Shown: positions 12,996-27,254, counted from the first letter of the stretch. The stretch is DNA of 64,000 bases from the human T2T-CHM13v2.0 reference genome, Homo sapiens (GCF_009914755.1 NC_060936.1); one strand, 5' to 3'. Program-made: numbers and translations. Notes: generated from the letters alone by a model not told the origin.

Positions 12996-15339
12996 GTCAC
13001 CTATTTAGCCTTCTCATGAGACTGTTAACAGGAGCTATATTGGACTATAAAAAAAAACAGTTTCAAAGATTTATACTCCCTTACTGCAAATTCTCTTCAA
13101 GGAGAGAGCTCTAAGAGCCATTCCCATTCATGTGCCTCAAAACTCTGTCCCAAGGCAACCCCATTTAAACAGACCATCAGAGCAGAGAAGCACTACTCTG
13201 AACCTCCTACTTCTGGCTCACTTCACGTAGCTCTATGTTGTTTGCCTCTGGCTTGGAGTCCCAAAATGCTTTTAGCATCTGGCAGCCACTTGCTCAGTTC
13301 CCAACTGCTGATATGATGTTGCTGCTGGAGGACTCACTCAGCCTCTGGAAGATTACACCCAGCCTCCGAAAGGTGTGTTTGCTCTTATTTTCAAAGCCCA
13401 CCAGTCTAGCAGCTTCTGCTACAGTTGCTTCTGACTTCCTTGGGGGTCTTTACCCTCATATGCACAGATGGATGGACTTCTGGAAACATTATAATTTCAT
13501 AATACTTTAAGAAAAATAAATGTTCTTTTCAAGTAAACAGATTATATTTTTTTCACCAGATTTTCAAAATGTGTGTCTAAAATATAATAATTTGAATACC
13601 TGCAATGTCCCAGAACCCCCCAGAAGGTCCTTTGTTTTAGGGATTTGACAGGTTTCCTGGTTCTTTAAAGCTTTCTGATTCTTATTCTGCCTTGGGAAGT
13701 GACATTAACTCAGTCCAAATCATGCTATGTTGAGCCCAAATTTTCCTCCCCCCTAACTCAGAAGGTTATATACACTTCTTCCTCAAAAGGCCATACCAAG
13801 CCTTCTCAGCAGTCTCAGGTTGAGAAAAACAGCTTAAGGTTAAGCATAGGTACATTTTCCCAAGGAAACAGTAGGCTCTAACCTTTCAGAGTGGGGTATA
13901 CACACATTTACTGTTTTTTCAAGTTACGTGATGCTTTGTCTGTCTTAAGCACACATGTAAGTAAAACATACATTTTTCCCACTTCCTCTAAGATATCTTC
14001 CTCCCTCCCTACCTATATTTGGGGATACTAAAGTTCTATGTTAGGGTTTTCAGTGATCTCCAACAAATACTTATTGAGTGCTTCTGTTATGCTAATGCTT
14101 GGATTTTTGTAGTTGTATGCTACAGTGCCAGGGAAAGTCACTGCCATATTTTTTTCCCAAATAAAGAAATATTACCGAAATCTATTTGTGTTCTGCCAGT
14201 TTGCTGCTATGCCACCATGATAACTTTTAAGGTTTATCCTTAGTCATGTTCCCATTGCCTTCAAGTAGGTTTGGTCCTTGTCTGCATGGAGCTGTTAGTC
14301 TAGCATAAGAAAATAATAATTTTAAGCAGCAACTATAGTAAATGGTGTCCATAAAGCACAATGGAACTGCAGCCTATGGAGCAATTAATTCTGTTTCCAT
14401 GTGTGCAGGTTGCGGGGAGGTAGGGAAAGTCACTAAAAGAAGATGTTTCTCTCTCGGGTCCTGACGTAAACATAATTTGGCCAAAAAGAGTACTAGGGAG
14501 GGAAAAGAGAGAAATCTGAAAACTGTAAAATACTCTAAGATTTAAAAATAAAATCTAGATAGACATTCTTTCTTAAACTAATGTTTAGAAAACAATTACT
14601 GTTTGAATAAGAGTGGCTAAGTGTTCCTATTAAGCAATATCTTTAAGATGCTTATTTAAAGCCAAGAAATTCTGTGCCAATTTTCTTTCAAATTCTGAAG
14701 CAGCTGTATGCCTTCAATGCCTTATTAGTTTTAATTTTGAACAACAATTTAAGGCATTTTAAGGATTATTTTTTCTTTTGCTTTTGAATTAAATCCATAA
14801 AAATACAGAGATACTAATTCCCTTATTTGCCTAACATTTATGGAGTGTTTTTATATACTTTATCTAATACATGTTTACTCTCTTAGGAAAGGATTTAATG
14901 CTTTCTATAAAACAGAATTTCTACTGCCAGCAACTGTAAGATTTGATTTATTACAAGAGTCTATAATTTAGACTCATTAACACACTCCATGCAAAGGGTC
15001 ATTTTGGAAGAAATTTGTTTTAAATATTTAAAGTTGTTGTCATTACTGGATAGAACTTCTTGAAATATCTAGTGCTCTATTCCAATAAAATATCAGAACT
15101 CTATATTATTTGAGTCTTCATAGATTAGGGTTATTTTTGGACAGTTATTTGCGAAATATACTTGAAAATATTTATGCACAATCATTTAGCCTCCCTTATT
15201 TAAATAACACTTCAATGACCATAAATCTTTGCTGTTTCAAACACTTTCCAGTATTAAGTATTGTCTTTAATAAATTCTTTGCCAATTCGTTATGCAGATA
15301 TTTTTGTTGTTTTAGCCAAATAAAATGTACATCTAAAAA

Positions 15340-16030
15340 TATAATAAATGTGAATACCTACAATACACCAATAATGTGCTTAGGACCTGTAACACATGGT
15401 CTTAAGGAAAAATAAGTCTGTAGACAAGGAATTATAGCATTATTGGTTAGGTACTGTAAAAGAAATATGCACAAAATATCAGAGACTCATAAATTATGAA
15501 GAACTAAATTCTAGTCAGGAGGGATGAGATATCTAAGAAAGACTACAGAGGACAGAGGACAGTTGTCAAAGACTCTGGGAGGATAAGGGGAAGAAGAATG
15601 TTCTAGTTAAAGGCAACATCATGCGTATAGTGAGTGTGAGGCAGGGTAAGAAGTCCCATGGGGCAGGAGATGAGATTCAGAATGAGGGTTGGACCACATT
15701 GATAAGGGCCCGGCGTACCACTTAACCTGAAAAGGAAATGGCTAGGGGCATGTACTAGAAAGATCACTTTGGTAACAATGAAAGGGAATTGACTCTTTCC
15801 AGAAAACAGTAATGACAGGAATATCAGTTACTAGTCAATAGGCAGTATAAGAGCCTTGACTGTGGTGACAGGCAAGACAGGTGGGATGCAAGAACTGTTT
15901 GAAGACAGTGGACTTGACAAAATATAGTGACCAATGCGGAAGCAAGAAAGGAGGAGCCATAATGAAAAAGGAAGAGTGGCAAATAATTCATTTTTTATTT
16001 TGAGAAATACAATGAATAGCATTATTAACT
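15340..16030 (-). mobile_element. Degraded L2
   Basis: Antisense L2-like motifs (aagaatgttctag..aaggcaacatcatg, tagaaagatcactttggt); boundaries approximate. Confidence 0.5.
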
Positions 16031-16130
16031 AACAGTATTAATACTAATATAAAACTATATAATATATAACTATATTACATATATTACATATATCAAATTA
16101 TATAAACTAACATTAAATAATAGTAATTTT

Positions 16131-16262
16131 AATTTATTATTATTATTTTTAAAGGTGGGGTTTTACTATGTTGCCCAGGCTGGTCTCCAATTCCTGGCCT
16201 CAAGCAATCCTTCTGCCTTCGCCTCCCAAAGTTCTGGGATTATAGGTGTGAGCCACCCCACA
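16131..16262 (-). mobile_element. Alu monomer (FLAM-C-like)
   Basis: actatgttgcccaggctggtctccaattcctggcctcaagcaatcc..gggattataggtgtgagccac, single arm. Confidence 0.85.
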
Positions 16263-16384
16263 TAATACTAGTATTAGTCAGTATTAGTATTAGTCAGTAT
16301 TATTAACTAATCTAAGAAAGATGGAAAGATACATTTTGGAAGAATCAAAAATAGTCGGTTTTGGAAAAAGAAACATTTTATTGG

Positions 16385-16606
16385 GAAGGGCATGGACACA
16401 GTTTCAATCTTGGCTCTCTGCTTTATTACTTATCAGCTATGAGAAACTTGGGCAAGCTCTTTAACCTCTTGGATTTTCCTTTTCTTCTTTTAAAACAGGG
16501 AAAATTATATTTACTTTGTATATTTGTTGAAAGGATTAAATGACAAAATGTATGCAAAGTGACCAGCACTTTCCTGAAGTATCAGAAGCACTCAGTAAAT
16601 GTTATT
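16385..16606 (+). mobile_element. MIR
   Basis: ttcaatcttggctct..cttgggcaagctctttaacctct..aggattaaatga..gcactcagtaaatgtt. Confidence 0.8.
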
Positions 16607-17851
16607 TTCACTTCTAACTTCTCCCTCTTTTGAATTTGAGAAGCAGTAAAGATCCAAGATGTCCATTCAGACAGTAGAGTTGGTGAAAAAAAAAAAAAAG
16701 GAAAACTCAGTCAAAGGAGGGACTCAACCAAAAGGTTCCAGATAATTTTTCAAAATTAGGGCATAATTGATTCAAAGTTCTAAATATACATAAATTCTTC
16801 TTTGGGATCATATTTAAATGTAAAATTATAGCATCCAATAAGTGTTTAGTGTGACCAAGTCCAGAGAAAGGTAATTTGACTATAATTACTACTCTCATTA
16901 TTACTTTATCTGTAGTTAGGATTTTTAAATCTTGATCTCTGTAGCTACTTTAGAAATATATACAGAACAGCTTATTTCTGTGGGTGTATGTGTCCAGTTA
17001 AGGCAAAATTCATCTAAGGAGTGTTAAAGAAACCAGAGCCACTAATATTAGCCAGAGTAGGAAATGGATTCTAGAAAGTAAATGTGTTCTAAGAGGAGCA
17101 CATCCAAGATGAGATATAGTTGTGATTGTTTTCTGTTGTGGTAAGATACTGGAACGGAGGAAGGAGGGGATGATAGCATAACCAATATCCAACTGGAAGT
17201 TGATAGTGATTTGCAGAGTGAATAAATAGACATGTTTTATTGAGCATTTTGAAATAAGTATATTTTGGACCATACTGTTCTTCTAAGTCATTATTCACTT
17301 ATGATTTTTTATGTTACAAATTCAAAAAATAATTTTTTCCCATAGAATGTCTGAATATTCTACAGATGACTCAATGCCAGGTTAAATCGGAATAAAGATT
17401 TGAAAAACTTTTACCCTTTTTTCTCTTTACTTCCTACCACAAGAGGGCATATATCTCATCTTCTCTTAGAAATTAACAGAAGATATGTAGAATGTGGGTT
17501 ATTTTCAATCTATTCAGTTGTCTATTCTTTCCTGAGATCTGATTGACAGAAAAGAAGATTCCCTACCACCTCATGGTTGCCTTCAGAAGGAAAAAGTTCT
17601 ATTTCTAAAAATTCACATTTAGTATAATAAATTTACCTAGTACCATCTAGAGATTTTTTTTCAACCTGTATCAACCCTCTGTATCAAGCAAAGAAGATGA
17701 AAAAGATGCCTTTACCATCTCTTCTATCAAATACTTTAGTATCATGTAGTGGTAAACCACCTAAGCGTCAGGCAATGCTGTCTTTCTACTATTCTGCAGT
17801 TTGATCAATAAAATGATGTTCACTCTTCCCATAGAGCATCAAGGTTTCACC

Positions 17852-18276
17852 TGTTATGAGAAAACGGGATCATAACCTTCCCTCCAAACTGGGAAGGAGC
17901 TGAGAGACCAAAGAATGGTGCAGACAAGTCCAGCTTGGCAAGTAGGTGAATTTATTAGGACTTACATGTGGGGCACCCCCAGGTGGTAGCAGGACAGCCC
18001 TGAAGATCTGCCCCATTTCTCATCTCTAAGCTGCTTTTAAGCAATTTTCTGGCTCTTTGCCTACTGTATATGTATGTGCAATTAAACTGTTTTCCTTGGT
18101 ATGTTCCCAGCTATGCTCTGGGATGTTTGGGTTCTCAGGGACAGCTGCTGTTTGGCTGGGCACCGTGGCCTTGGCTCACCTCCCAGTATCATGGCCTTGC
18201 TCACTTCCCAATATTCAAGGTTCAAGCAGCAGATATACACCCTTAAGTAACCTGGTGGGGGACCCATAACACTGCA
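17852..18276 (-). mobile_element. ERV 3' LTR, LTR47-like (ERVL class; family from memory)
   Basis: Minus strand begins tgcagtgttatgggtcccccaccaggttacttaagggtgtat and ends ctcataaca; AATAAA at 17951-17956(-); preceded by a purine-rich tract (aagagctaaggtataaggtagat). Confidence 0.8.
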
Positions 18277-18283
18277 ATCTACC

Positions 18284-18900
18284 TTATACCTTAGCTCTTA
18301 TATTCTTTCTATCAATCTTGTACAAGAGTCCCTGAGTTGGGTGTGAGGGGAAGAAGTATACAGCCCTATAAGGTATAGCCATGGCTTGTGCATACAGGAA
18401 ACATCTACAGTATACACAACAGAATAAAAACCAGAAGCTAATGACAATTATGATACCTATTAGCAAAACATAACTGCAGTGAGTAGGTAAGGTGTATAAC
18501 CAATTTGCGAGTGAGTCAAAGAAACCTAATTGGGCTATATCATGGGTTTGAATTGACAAATGATTTAAAGCATTTGTGACATTACTTTCTTCATCAGGGA
18601 CATAGGTGCAACAGGTAGCACCTATAAGGGTGCATGTTGTTGGGTCTCTGTCATGTTGGCAATTGATCCAGGTCGATGCAATCTCCAATGAGTCTGGGTT
18701 GCATTATCTGTGCTGTTGAACAAGCCACTCTAGTTTTATTGTGAGAAAGGCAGAATTTTCCAACGCATACCATTACCATCTGACAGGGTAGGTATTCACA
18801 TTCCCAACAATCGGACTGGTTGCTGACTGCAGCTGTAGTTGCAGCCCAGTACAGGAAGACATTACCAGCTGCCATGGGTAGCAGGAACAGCAGCCTATGG
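18284..18900 (-). pseudogene. Retroviral env remnant (gamma-type), internally deleted and frameshifted
   Basis: Signal-like LLFLLPMAAG, SU motif NQSDCWEC (~18798-18820), TM CX6CC motif CTLIGATCC (18608-18634), hydrophobic anchor VLLIGIIIVISFWFLFCC, directly upstream of the PPT and LTR. Confidence 0.85.
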
Positions 18901-19065
18901 GCATAAACACAGGTGTTTAATAGGGCCCTTCGTGGATGTATCCACTCATTGTAGCATTACTATTGTTGTATTTCTTCCCATTGGTCCTATTAGGAGGCTG
19001 ACACAGGCTTCAGGCCTGGCTTACAGTACCACACACAGGCAGAGCCTCCCCAGTGATGAATATTA

Positions 19066-21555
19066 CCCACTAGCATTGTACATTTGTTAGAACTGATGAA
19101 CCTACATTGACACATCATTATCATCTAAAGTCCATAGTTTACATTAGGGTTCACTTTTGGTGTGATATATTTTATGTCTCTGGACAAATGTATAATGACA
19201 TGTATCCACTCTTATAGTATTAGACTGAGTAGTTCACTGTTCTAAAAATCCTGTGCTCCACCTATTCATTCCTCCCTTCCATACTAAACCATGGCAAGTA
19301 CTGATCCTTGGACTCCATAGCTTTGCCTCTTCCAGGACGTCATATACTTGGAATTTTATGGTATGTAATATGTTCAGATTGGCTTTTTCACTAAATAATA
19401 TACATTTATGCTTCCTCCATGTCTTTTCATGGCTTGATAACACATTTCTTTTTAGTGCCGTGTTATATTATACTGTCTGATGTACCAGTTCATTCATTCA
19501 TACACTGAACAAGTTTTGGCAATCATGAATAAGACTGCTATAAACAACCATGTGCAGGTTTTTATGTGAACATAACTTTTCAATTCCTTTGGGTAAATAT
19601 CAAGGAACAAAATTGTTGGATTGTATGCTGCGAGTATGTTTTAATTTTGTAAGAAACTAACAAACTGTCTTAAAAAGTGGATGTATCATTTTGCATTCCC
19701 ATCAGCAATGAATGAGAGCTCCTGTTGCTTCACAATTTCATCAGCATTTGGTAGTGTCAGTGTTCTGATTTTGACCATCCTAATAGGTCTGTAAGTGCAG
19801 CTAGAATCTTTTTTTTTTGCATTTGGATGTCCAGTTGCTCCAGAACCATTTCTTGAAAAACACTATCTTTCTCTTTTGTATTGCCTTTGTTCATTTGTCA
19901 AAGATCAGTTGACCATATTTATGTGGGTCTGTTGCTGGGTTTTCTGTTCTATTCTCTTGATCTATTTGTTTATTCTTTCATGAGTACCACACTGTCTTTG
20001 TTACTGTAATTTTACAGTAAGTCTTGAAGTTGGGTAGTGTTAGTCCTCCAACTTTGTTCTTTTCCTTCACTTTTATGTTTGCTGTTCTGGATCTTTTGCC
20101 TCTCCCTATACATTTTAGAAGCAGTTTGTCAATAGCCACAAAATAGCTTGCTGAGATTTTGATTATGGTTATATTAAATCTACAGTTTTAGAAGATTTTG
20201 TTGCTTCTTTTGGATTTTATGCATAGACAGCCATGTTATATGCAAAAACAGTTTTATTTCTTCTTTCCCAATCTGTGTACATTTTAATTTCTTTGCATGT
20301 CTTATTGCATTAACAAGAACTTCCAGTATAATTTTGAAAAGTAGTGGTGAAAGGGAACATTCTTGCATGCTTCCTGATCTTGGAAAAACTTAGAGTTTCT
20401 CACCATTAAGTATAATGCTAGCTGTAAGTTTTTTTAGGTGCTCTTTACCAAGTTGAGAAAGTTCTCCTCTCTTCCTAGTTTGCTGACAGTTTTTATCATG
20501 AATGAATGTTAGATTTTGTCAAGCACATTTTCTGTGTTTAATAATATTATCATATTCTTTTTACTTCTTTAGATTGTTGATATGATAGGTTATATTAATT
20601 AATTTTCAAATGTCAATCCAGTCCAGTCGTGAATACCTGCAGTAAATCCACTTGGTCATGGTGTATAATTTTTAAAATTGTTTTTGGTTTTAATTTCTTA
20701 ATATTTTATTGAGAATATTTATATCCATGTTCATGAGAGATATTTCAATGCTGTTTTCCTTTCTTGTAATGCCCTTATCTAGTTTTGATATGATAATATT
20801 GGTCTTAAGAAATGAGTAAGGAAGTGTTTCACCTGCTTCTCTTTTTTTTTGAAGAGATTGTAGAGAATTTGTATATTTTCTTCCTTAAATGTTTGGTAGA
20901 ACTTACCAGAGAAATCAGCCTTGCTTTATTTTTTTGCAGTGTTATTGATTATTATTTTAACACCTTTAATAAGTATACGTCTATTCAAGTTATCTATTTC
21001 TAATACAAAACTCTATTTTGTAGTTTATTCCTTTCAAGGAATTGACGAACTTCAACTAAGTTATCAAAGAACCTTCAACCTGTTTATAATATTTTTTATT
21101 ATCATTTTCATGTTCATGGAATCAGTAGTGATGACCTTTCTTTCATTTCTGATATTTTATTTGTGTCTTTCCTATTGTATTCTTGGCTAGCCTAGCCAGA
21201 GGTTTATTAATTCTATTGATCTTTTCAACAAACCAGCTTATATTTTTGTTTTCTCTAGTGAATTCCTATTTTTAATGTCATTGATTTCAGTTCTAATTTT
21301 TATTATTTCTCTTCTTTTACTTGCCTTAGGTTTGCATTGCTCTCCTTTCTCTATTTTCCTAAGCTTGGATGATCAATTTTAGGTATTTCTTATTTTTCAA
21401 TACATGTTATCAGCGTTGTGAATTTCCCTTTATGCACTAGTTTTGCTGGCTCCAACAAATTTTGATAAGTAGTATTTTTATTTACATTTAGTTCAAAATA
21501 TTCTAAAGTTTTACTAAGACTTCTTCCTTGATCCATTAATTTCATTTTTGAATGT
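19066..21555 (-). mobile_element. L1MC1/2-like LINE, 3' part with internal deletions
   Basis: gatgaacctacattgacacatcattatca..aaagtccatagtttacattagggttcact is the L1MC 3' end; antisense ORF2 remnant [22 protein letters not shown] at 20180-20368. Confidence 0.88.
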
Positions 21556-21557
21556 TG

Positions 21558-21899
21558 GACATGTGCTGCATTTTGCATTTTGCATAGACATTTTGGTCCA
21601 TGATAAATGGCATATATGGCAATGGTCCATAAGCTTATAATATTCCATTTTTTACTGTACTTTCTATGTTTAGATAATAAATACTTATCATTGTATTACA
21701 ATGCCTACAGTATTCAGTACAGTGACATGCTGTACAGGCCTGGAGCCTAGGAGCAATAAGCTATACCATATAGGGTAGGTGTGTAGTAGGCTACACCATC
21801 TAGGATTGTGTAAGTACACTATGATATTTGCAGGATGACAAAATCACCTAAAGATTCGTTTTTCAGAATGTGTCTCTGTCATTAAATGATGCATGACTG
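21558..21899 (+). mobile_element. Tigger3a/MER7-type DNA transposon
   Basis: gcctacagtattcagtacagt..catgctgtacagg..gcctaggagcaata..gtaggctacaccatctagg; right TIR gcatgactg followed by TA. Confidence 0.9.
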
Positions 21900-24800
21900 T
21901 AATTGTACAGGTTATAGTATTTAGATTTTATTAAATAGCCAATTGGATATATATTAAATATGAATCACAATAAGTAAATTATCTAAAAACAGTTATGTAT
22001 TTTTCATTGTAGGATAAGAAATACACATTTGTATTCATTCTGACCTTTAATGTACTAAAAATTAGAAAAATTCGTTGTATATATTATACCATAGATAATT
22101 AATGATTCAATGAATTGAAGTCCCTAAGATAAATAATTTAAATTTTCTCTTTAAGTAGGCTTCTAGCAAGCTAAGTATATTGCTATAAAATAGTTTTACT
22201 TATAGACTACCCATATTAAATCGTGGCCAGCTCACTATTCAGTGAGCTTGTCTTTTGTCTTCTTTCCAATGCTATAACTATATGTCACATGTATAAATAT
22301 GTATTACAAAAGTGGTCAGGATTGAACATACGTCATTTGTCTTAATTCAGTCAAACAAATTAGACCTAAATCTTCAAAAAAATCCAGAACTCATATCATT
22401 GAATTTCGCTATTTAAATGATTATTTGCCTGGCTTTACTAGTACAATAGCTCCAGCTTTCTTTTGCTCATTCACTTCAGCTCTACAAAGTGCTTGCATCC
22501 TTGCATTGTGAGTCCAGGGGTGGAGCTCCCTGTTCCTTCTGGTTTCGGGAACCTTGTATTTCCTCCCCTGCTTGTCTCTTCCTCCCTCTTTTTCTGAAGT
22601 TCAAATTACTTGGGCACTGAACAATTTCCCTTATTCTACTTTCAGGAATTATCTCCTGGTTCTGGTTTGTTTACCTGATATGTGACCTCTTACTTCTCTT
22701 GACCTCTGTTATTTGAGGGAGGAAACCACTCTTTTAAAAAAAAATTATGAAAAAAGAGCATGAGAGGAGATGTGCTCCTCTTGGAATTTTCTTAGTTGTG
22801 TCTTAAGTTTAAGATTGAAATGAAAATATACAATCTTCATTGGAAACTAAGGCATCCTTTAAAGAAATAAATCTTCTGGAAGAAAAAAACCTCCCAGCTA
22901 TGATGAAATGCTAACTCATAAGTACATTCCATTACAATAAATTATCTAGCCTTTAAAGAGCTTTTACAATTTCAACAACGAGAATCATTTCTAGGAGGAG
23001 AAGAAATTTTTTTCTTTCCACAGCATGATTACAAATCATTCTTCCTGCCTTCTGTTTTTCACAATCATAGTGCAGTGAAGAATCCCTTTACTTCCTCTGC
23101 TGTAAAAGGAAGGAACTGAAGTCATTAATGGTTCTGATGAAATTAGGAAATTCATACTCTCACATCCCCAAAGAGACCGTATTAGTAGTTTTAGCAGCTT
23201 AAAAGACTCTCTCAACTTCCCTCTGAGTTCATTAAGAAAACACACGAGAAATTCCCATATGGAAAGTATGGATTTTTCTCCCCCTAATCACATAAAGTAG
23301 TTTCTTGTATTTTCTTTCCTTTCTACTGGAGTGAACTGGATCAAACCACAGGCTACTGCCTATTTCAGTGCATTCTGGTTTATCTATACCACCAATTAGT
23401 TGCCACATGCACGTGTACCAAGATAGTCAGCTCTTACGCTTCTAGAAATGTGTTGACCCCTTCTCCTAAGTATGTATACAGAGCTTTTTGCTAAAGTTTC
23501 CAGGCACTTTGTCAAAGATTTACTGTCCATAATGAAGATGGAAGAGACTACAAGCACGGAGAGCAAAGCACACAGCTGCTGGGAGAGACATTGCCAAGAT
23601 AGGAGTAGCTTTGAAAGATAAATGAAGAGATTATGTTACAAGCATGGCTAAGGACTTCTGGAGGGCTGGCAGAGGCTGCACTTTCATATTACAGGTCTCA
23701 GAGTTTTATCCCTTTCTAATGAATTGTTTATGGTCCCTGTACAAAACCAAAAAAAATTTTTCCCCAAAAGAATAATATTTCATCAAAAGTCTTTGTGGCT
23801 TTGAGGTAAACATACATTTTAGGACCTAAGAGAGTCAGGGACAATGATTTTCACAAATATTGTATATATTAGAAATGAATGCTTAGATGAATTCAGCATA
23901 GTCACACGGTTGTCTTTTCTGCAAATATTTTCTTTAAAAAAATGATGACCTTTAGGGCAGTAGCTTGCTCTGTGGAATATGATTTTAAATAAAATCTAAT
24001 TTTTGTTTTCATGTTATAGCTACATTTCTTTTCTTTGAAATAATTTCTTTCCCCAATTTGTGTGGTCCTAGGCTATAATTTGTTGAATTTTTAGGTTTCT
24101 TTATGCTATATTTTTTCATTTGTCTTTGAGCATCACTCATAACAATTAAATTTCAGAAGATGGTACAGAGATTTGTAATAAATAGAATTTATACAAATGC
24201 ATGCTAATCTGTACAATTTACATAAATATCTAAATTCTAAGCTTTAGATTTTGTTGTGGTCTATAGAATTTTTTTGTTGTAGGCATGCCTTCCAAATTAT
24301 AACTTTTATTAGACTAACATTAAATTCCATTTCCTTCCTGAAGAATACACATTGGAAAATAGACACAGAGAAGGCAGCCTAGGGTAATACTACACATAAT
24401 AGATGCTAAATATATCCCGTAGGAGTAAATGTATATATTCTATATAAGTGAAGCAATGTTGCTGAATAAAGCCCTTAAGAAAATCATTGTAAAAACTTTT
24501 AAATCAAATATCAGTAATAGAGAACATACCATAGTTAATATAGATATTTGAAAATATATCATGTTTTTCAATTTTTCATAATCATGGTATATCATTTTTT
24601 CTGTTTCAATAAATGAAATACATATGTTACTTTAACTTATTTTAAAAACATGTTATGAGGCTTTAATGAATATTGAATTTACCTAGATAATATTTTAGAG
24701 AATAAAGTCACATTTTTCAATAGTGCGCATGGTATTAGTCTCTACCAAAGTAACTTTTTAGGCTTATGTTCTAAATTAGTTTGTATTCACCCTTAAATGC

Positions 24801-25068
24801 TTTTTGATATTGGTCTGAACCCCATAGGACAAAAGGCTACTTTTATTCACTGGTTTAATCCCTTCCTTACGTTTTTCCCCTGTCAAAATGCATTTGCCAG
24901 AAATCTTTCCTTCTAGCTATATATTTGTAACAATTACCCTTAGCTGTATCAAGAATGGTGCCATTTTAACATCTTTACTCCATGTAACACAGGCTATCTT
25001 TACAGCCTGTAGAAAGACTTGATTGATACACTCAAGGTATTGTAGAGGCTAATTTGAGAATTTTTACC

Positions 25069-25136
25069 AGATGCTAGGCAGGAAAAGATCATAAAAGTCC
25101 AATAGATGCTAGGCAGGAAAATATCATAAATGTCCA
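25069..25136. repeat. 35-bp tandem duplication (2 copies, 2 mismatches)
   Basis: agatgctaggcaggaaaagatcataaaagtcca / agatgctaggcaggaaaatatcataaatgtcca. Confidence 0.92.
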
Positions 25137-25330
25137 CTTCTACTACTCTTCACCTGATGCTCCATAAATTACATACCCATTCCTCTTCACTGAATCTTTA
25201 AGTTGTGTTGAACGATTAGCTCTAATAAGCATTTTTTTCTATAACTAATTTTTAGGAGTAAAATTATTAGGCACAAATATTTGTGTTTTTTCCTGATAGT
25301 CTATTTTTGTATGTTTTTAAAAATAGTTGT

Positions 25331-25426
25331 AAAGTAATTGTGGTTTTTGCCATTGAAAGTGATGGCATTCATTGAATGCCATTGAAAGTAATGGCAAAAA
25401 CCGCAATGACCTTTGCACCAACCTAA
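25331..25426. mobile_element. MADE1 (Hsmar1 MITE) with truncated left TIR and duplicated centre
   Basis: aaagtaattgtggtttttgccatt...aatggcaaaaaccgcaatgacctttgcaccaacctaa followed by TA. Confidence 0.92.
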
Positions 25427-25884
25427 TACAATACCAAATGGGCATCATCTGTATGTGAAAGTAAAGTAGCAGTTTTCACAGAGGGAGTTATAGGAAAGAA
25501 TTGAATGTGTCTAAAGATATGCACCTACTGGCATTTAGCCCAGAAGACCATGTTTGCAAAACAAAATCAAAAACAAACCCACAAAGAAAAAACACTTAAA
25601 ACAGTTTAGAAACCTGCCTTGTGCTTGGTTAACAATTGTACCATGTATTTATTTATATCCCACCTTATTCTAGAAAGTATTTCAAGATGACTAAATGTAT
25701 TTATAATAACAACTCAGAACAGACTTTACAAAACTGGGCAGAATATGCATCAAATTTCTTTCCAAGCCAAAGATAGTGGAGATAGCAAAAGCCACTTTAA
25801 AAATCCTTTAATTCCAACTTCTATATGGAGCTTGATCCATCTTAAAGCTGCGCTACAGGTAGAATTAGTCTTCTGGCATAAATT

Positions 25885-26270
25885 TTTACATCCCTTTTGG
25901 AAAGTAGTTTGGCAAATACATCATAAGCCATAAAAATGTGCCCATTCTGCCCCAATAATTTCACTTCTGGGAATCCTAAAAAATAAATTGTCAAATATAA
26001 GGATAATGAATTTTGTATATTGAATGTTCATTATGATTTAATTTGTAATATTCAAAACTTGGAAACAACATAAATCTCTATCCAAAAAAGAAACATTAAA
26101 TAAATAGTATTATACCTACTCATTAGATAGCGATTTGACCATTAAAGTATAATCAATCACTGCAAAAATTAAGATAATATTGAGTGAAAAAGAAGCATAT
26201 GAAATGCCATGTATAATGTGACTATAATTGTGTTGAAAATGTTATGTACTACAGAAAATAAGTAAAATAG
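25885..26270 (+). mobile_element. L1ME-like 3' fragment
   Basis: ttggaaagtagtttggcaaat..aatttcacttctgggaat..aaaacttggaaacaac. Confidence 0.65.
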
Positions 26271-26619
<349 letters not shown>

Positions 26620-27254
26620 TTAATATGAGGAAAACTACGGATACTCCAAATAAATTACTTTAAGAAATAATTAAGCTTCCAATATCTAAGTAATCCCAGA
26701 TTCTGAAGTAATATCAAGAAACAGAAAACATTTCTATGAGAAGGCTGCCATCTGGTAAGTATTCCCAGTGTGCTGTGGCCTGTATTAACCCCAAGCAGGA
26801 CTGCAGAGGTACCATGTGGAGTTCTGCAGTGGGAGCACAGCTGAGATCAAAGGGAAGAGTGAGCTTATGGGGAGGGGAGATCATGGAAGCTCACAGAATT
26901 TGAGAATTAGAGAAGAGCCAACAGCTTAAAGCCAAAAATCAAAATGAGGCATGACTTAAGCAATTTTTGCATGAGGGAGCCCCAAGAAACCAAGAAGATC
27001 CCACATGCAGGGAACCAGTGAGTGTCAGAGGAAAGGTACATATCAAAATTTATGCTAATTCATATCAAAATTCTATTACAGGAAGATGTGAACCCAGTCA
27101 CTAAAATCTGTTTCTACTACTTATAGATAAGAAATGGAAACTGGCAGAAACAAAGGTAAATGCCACAGCTAGTTGGAATGAAGTCACATAAGTTTGGCAT
27201 TGAGCATGGGAAGAGAATTCTCTTTGTGTGTGTGTGAACCTGCTATTTTCCAAA

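Noticed and set aside
17540-17549. Second TGATTGACAG decamer
   Set aside because: Isolated, with no supporting motif cluster or CpG retention
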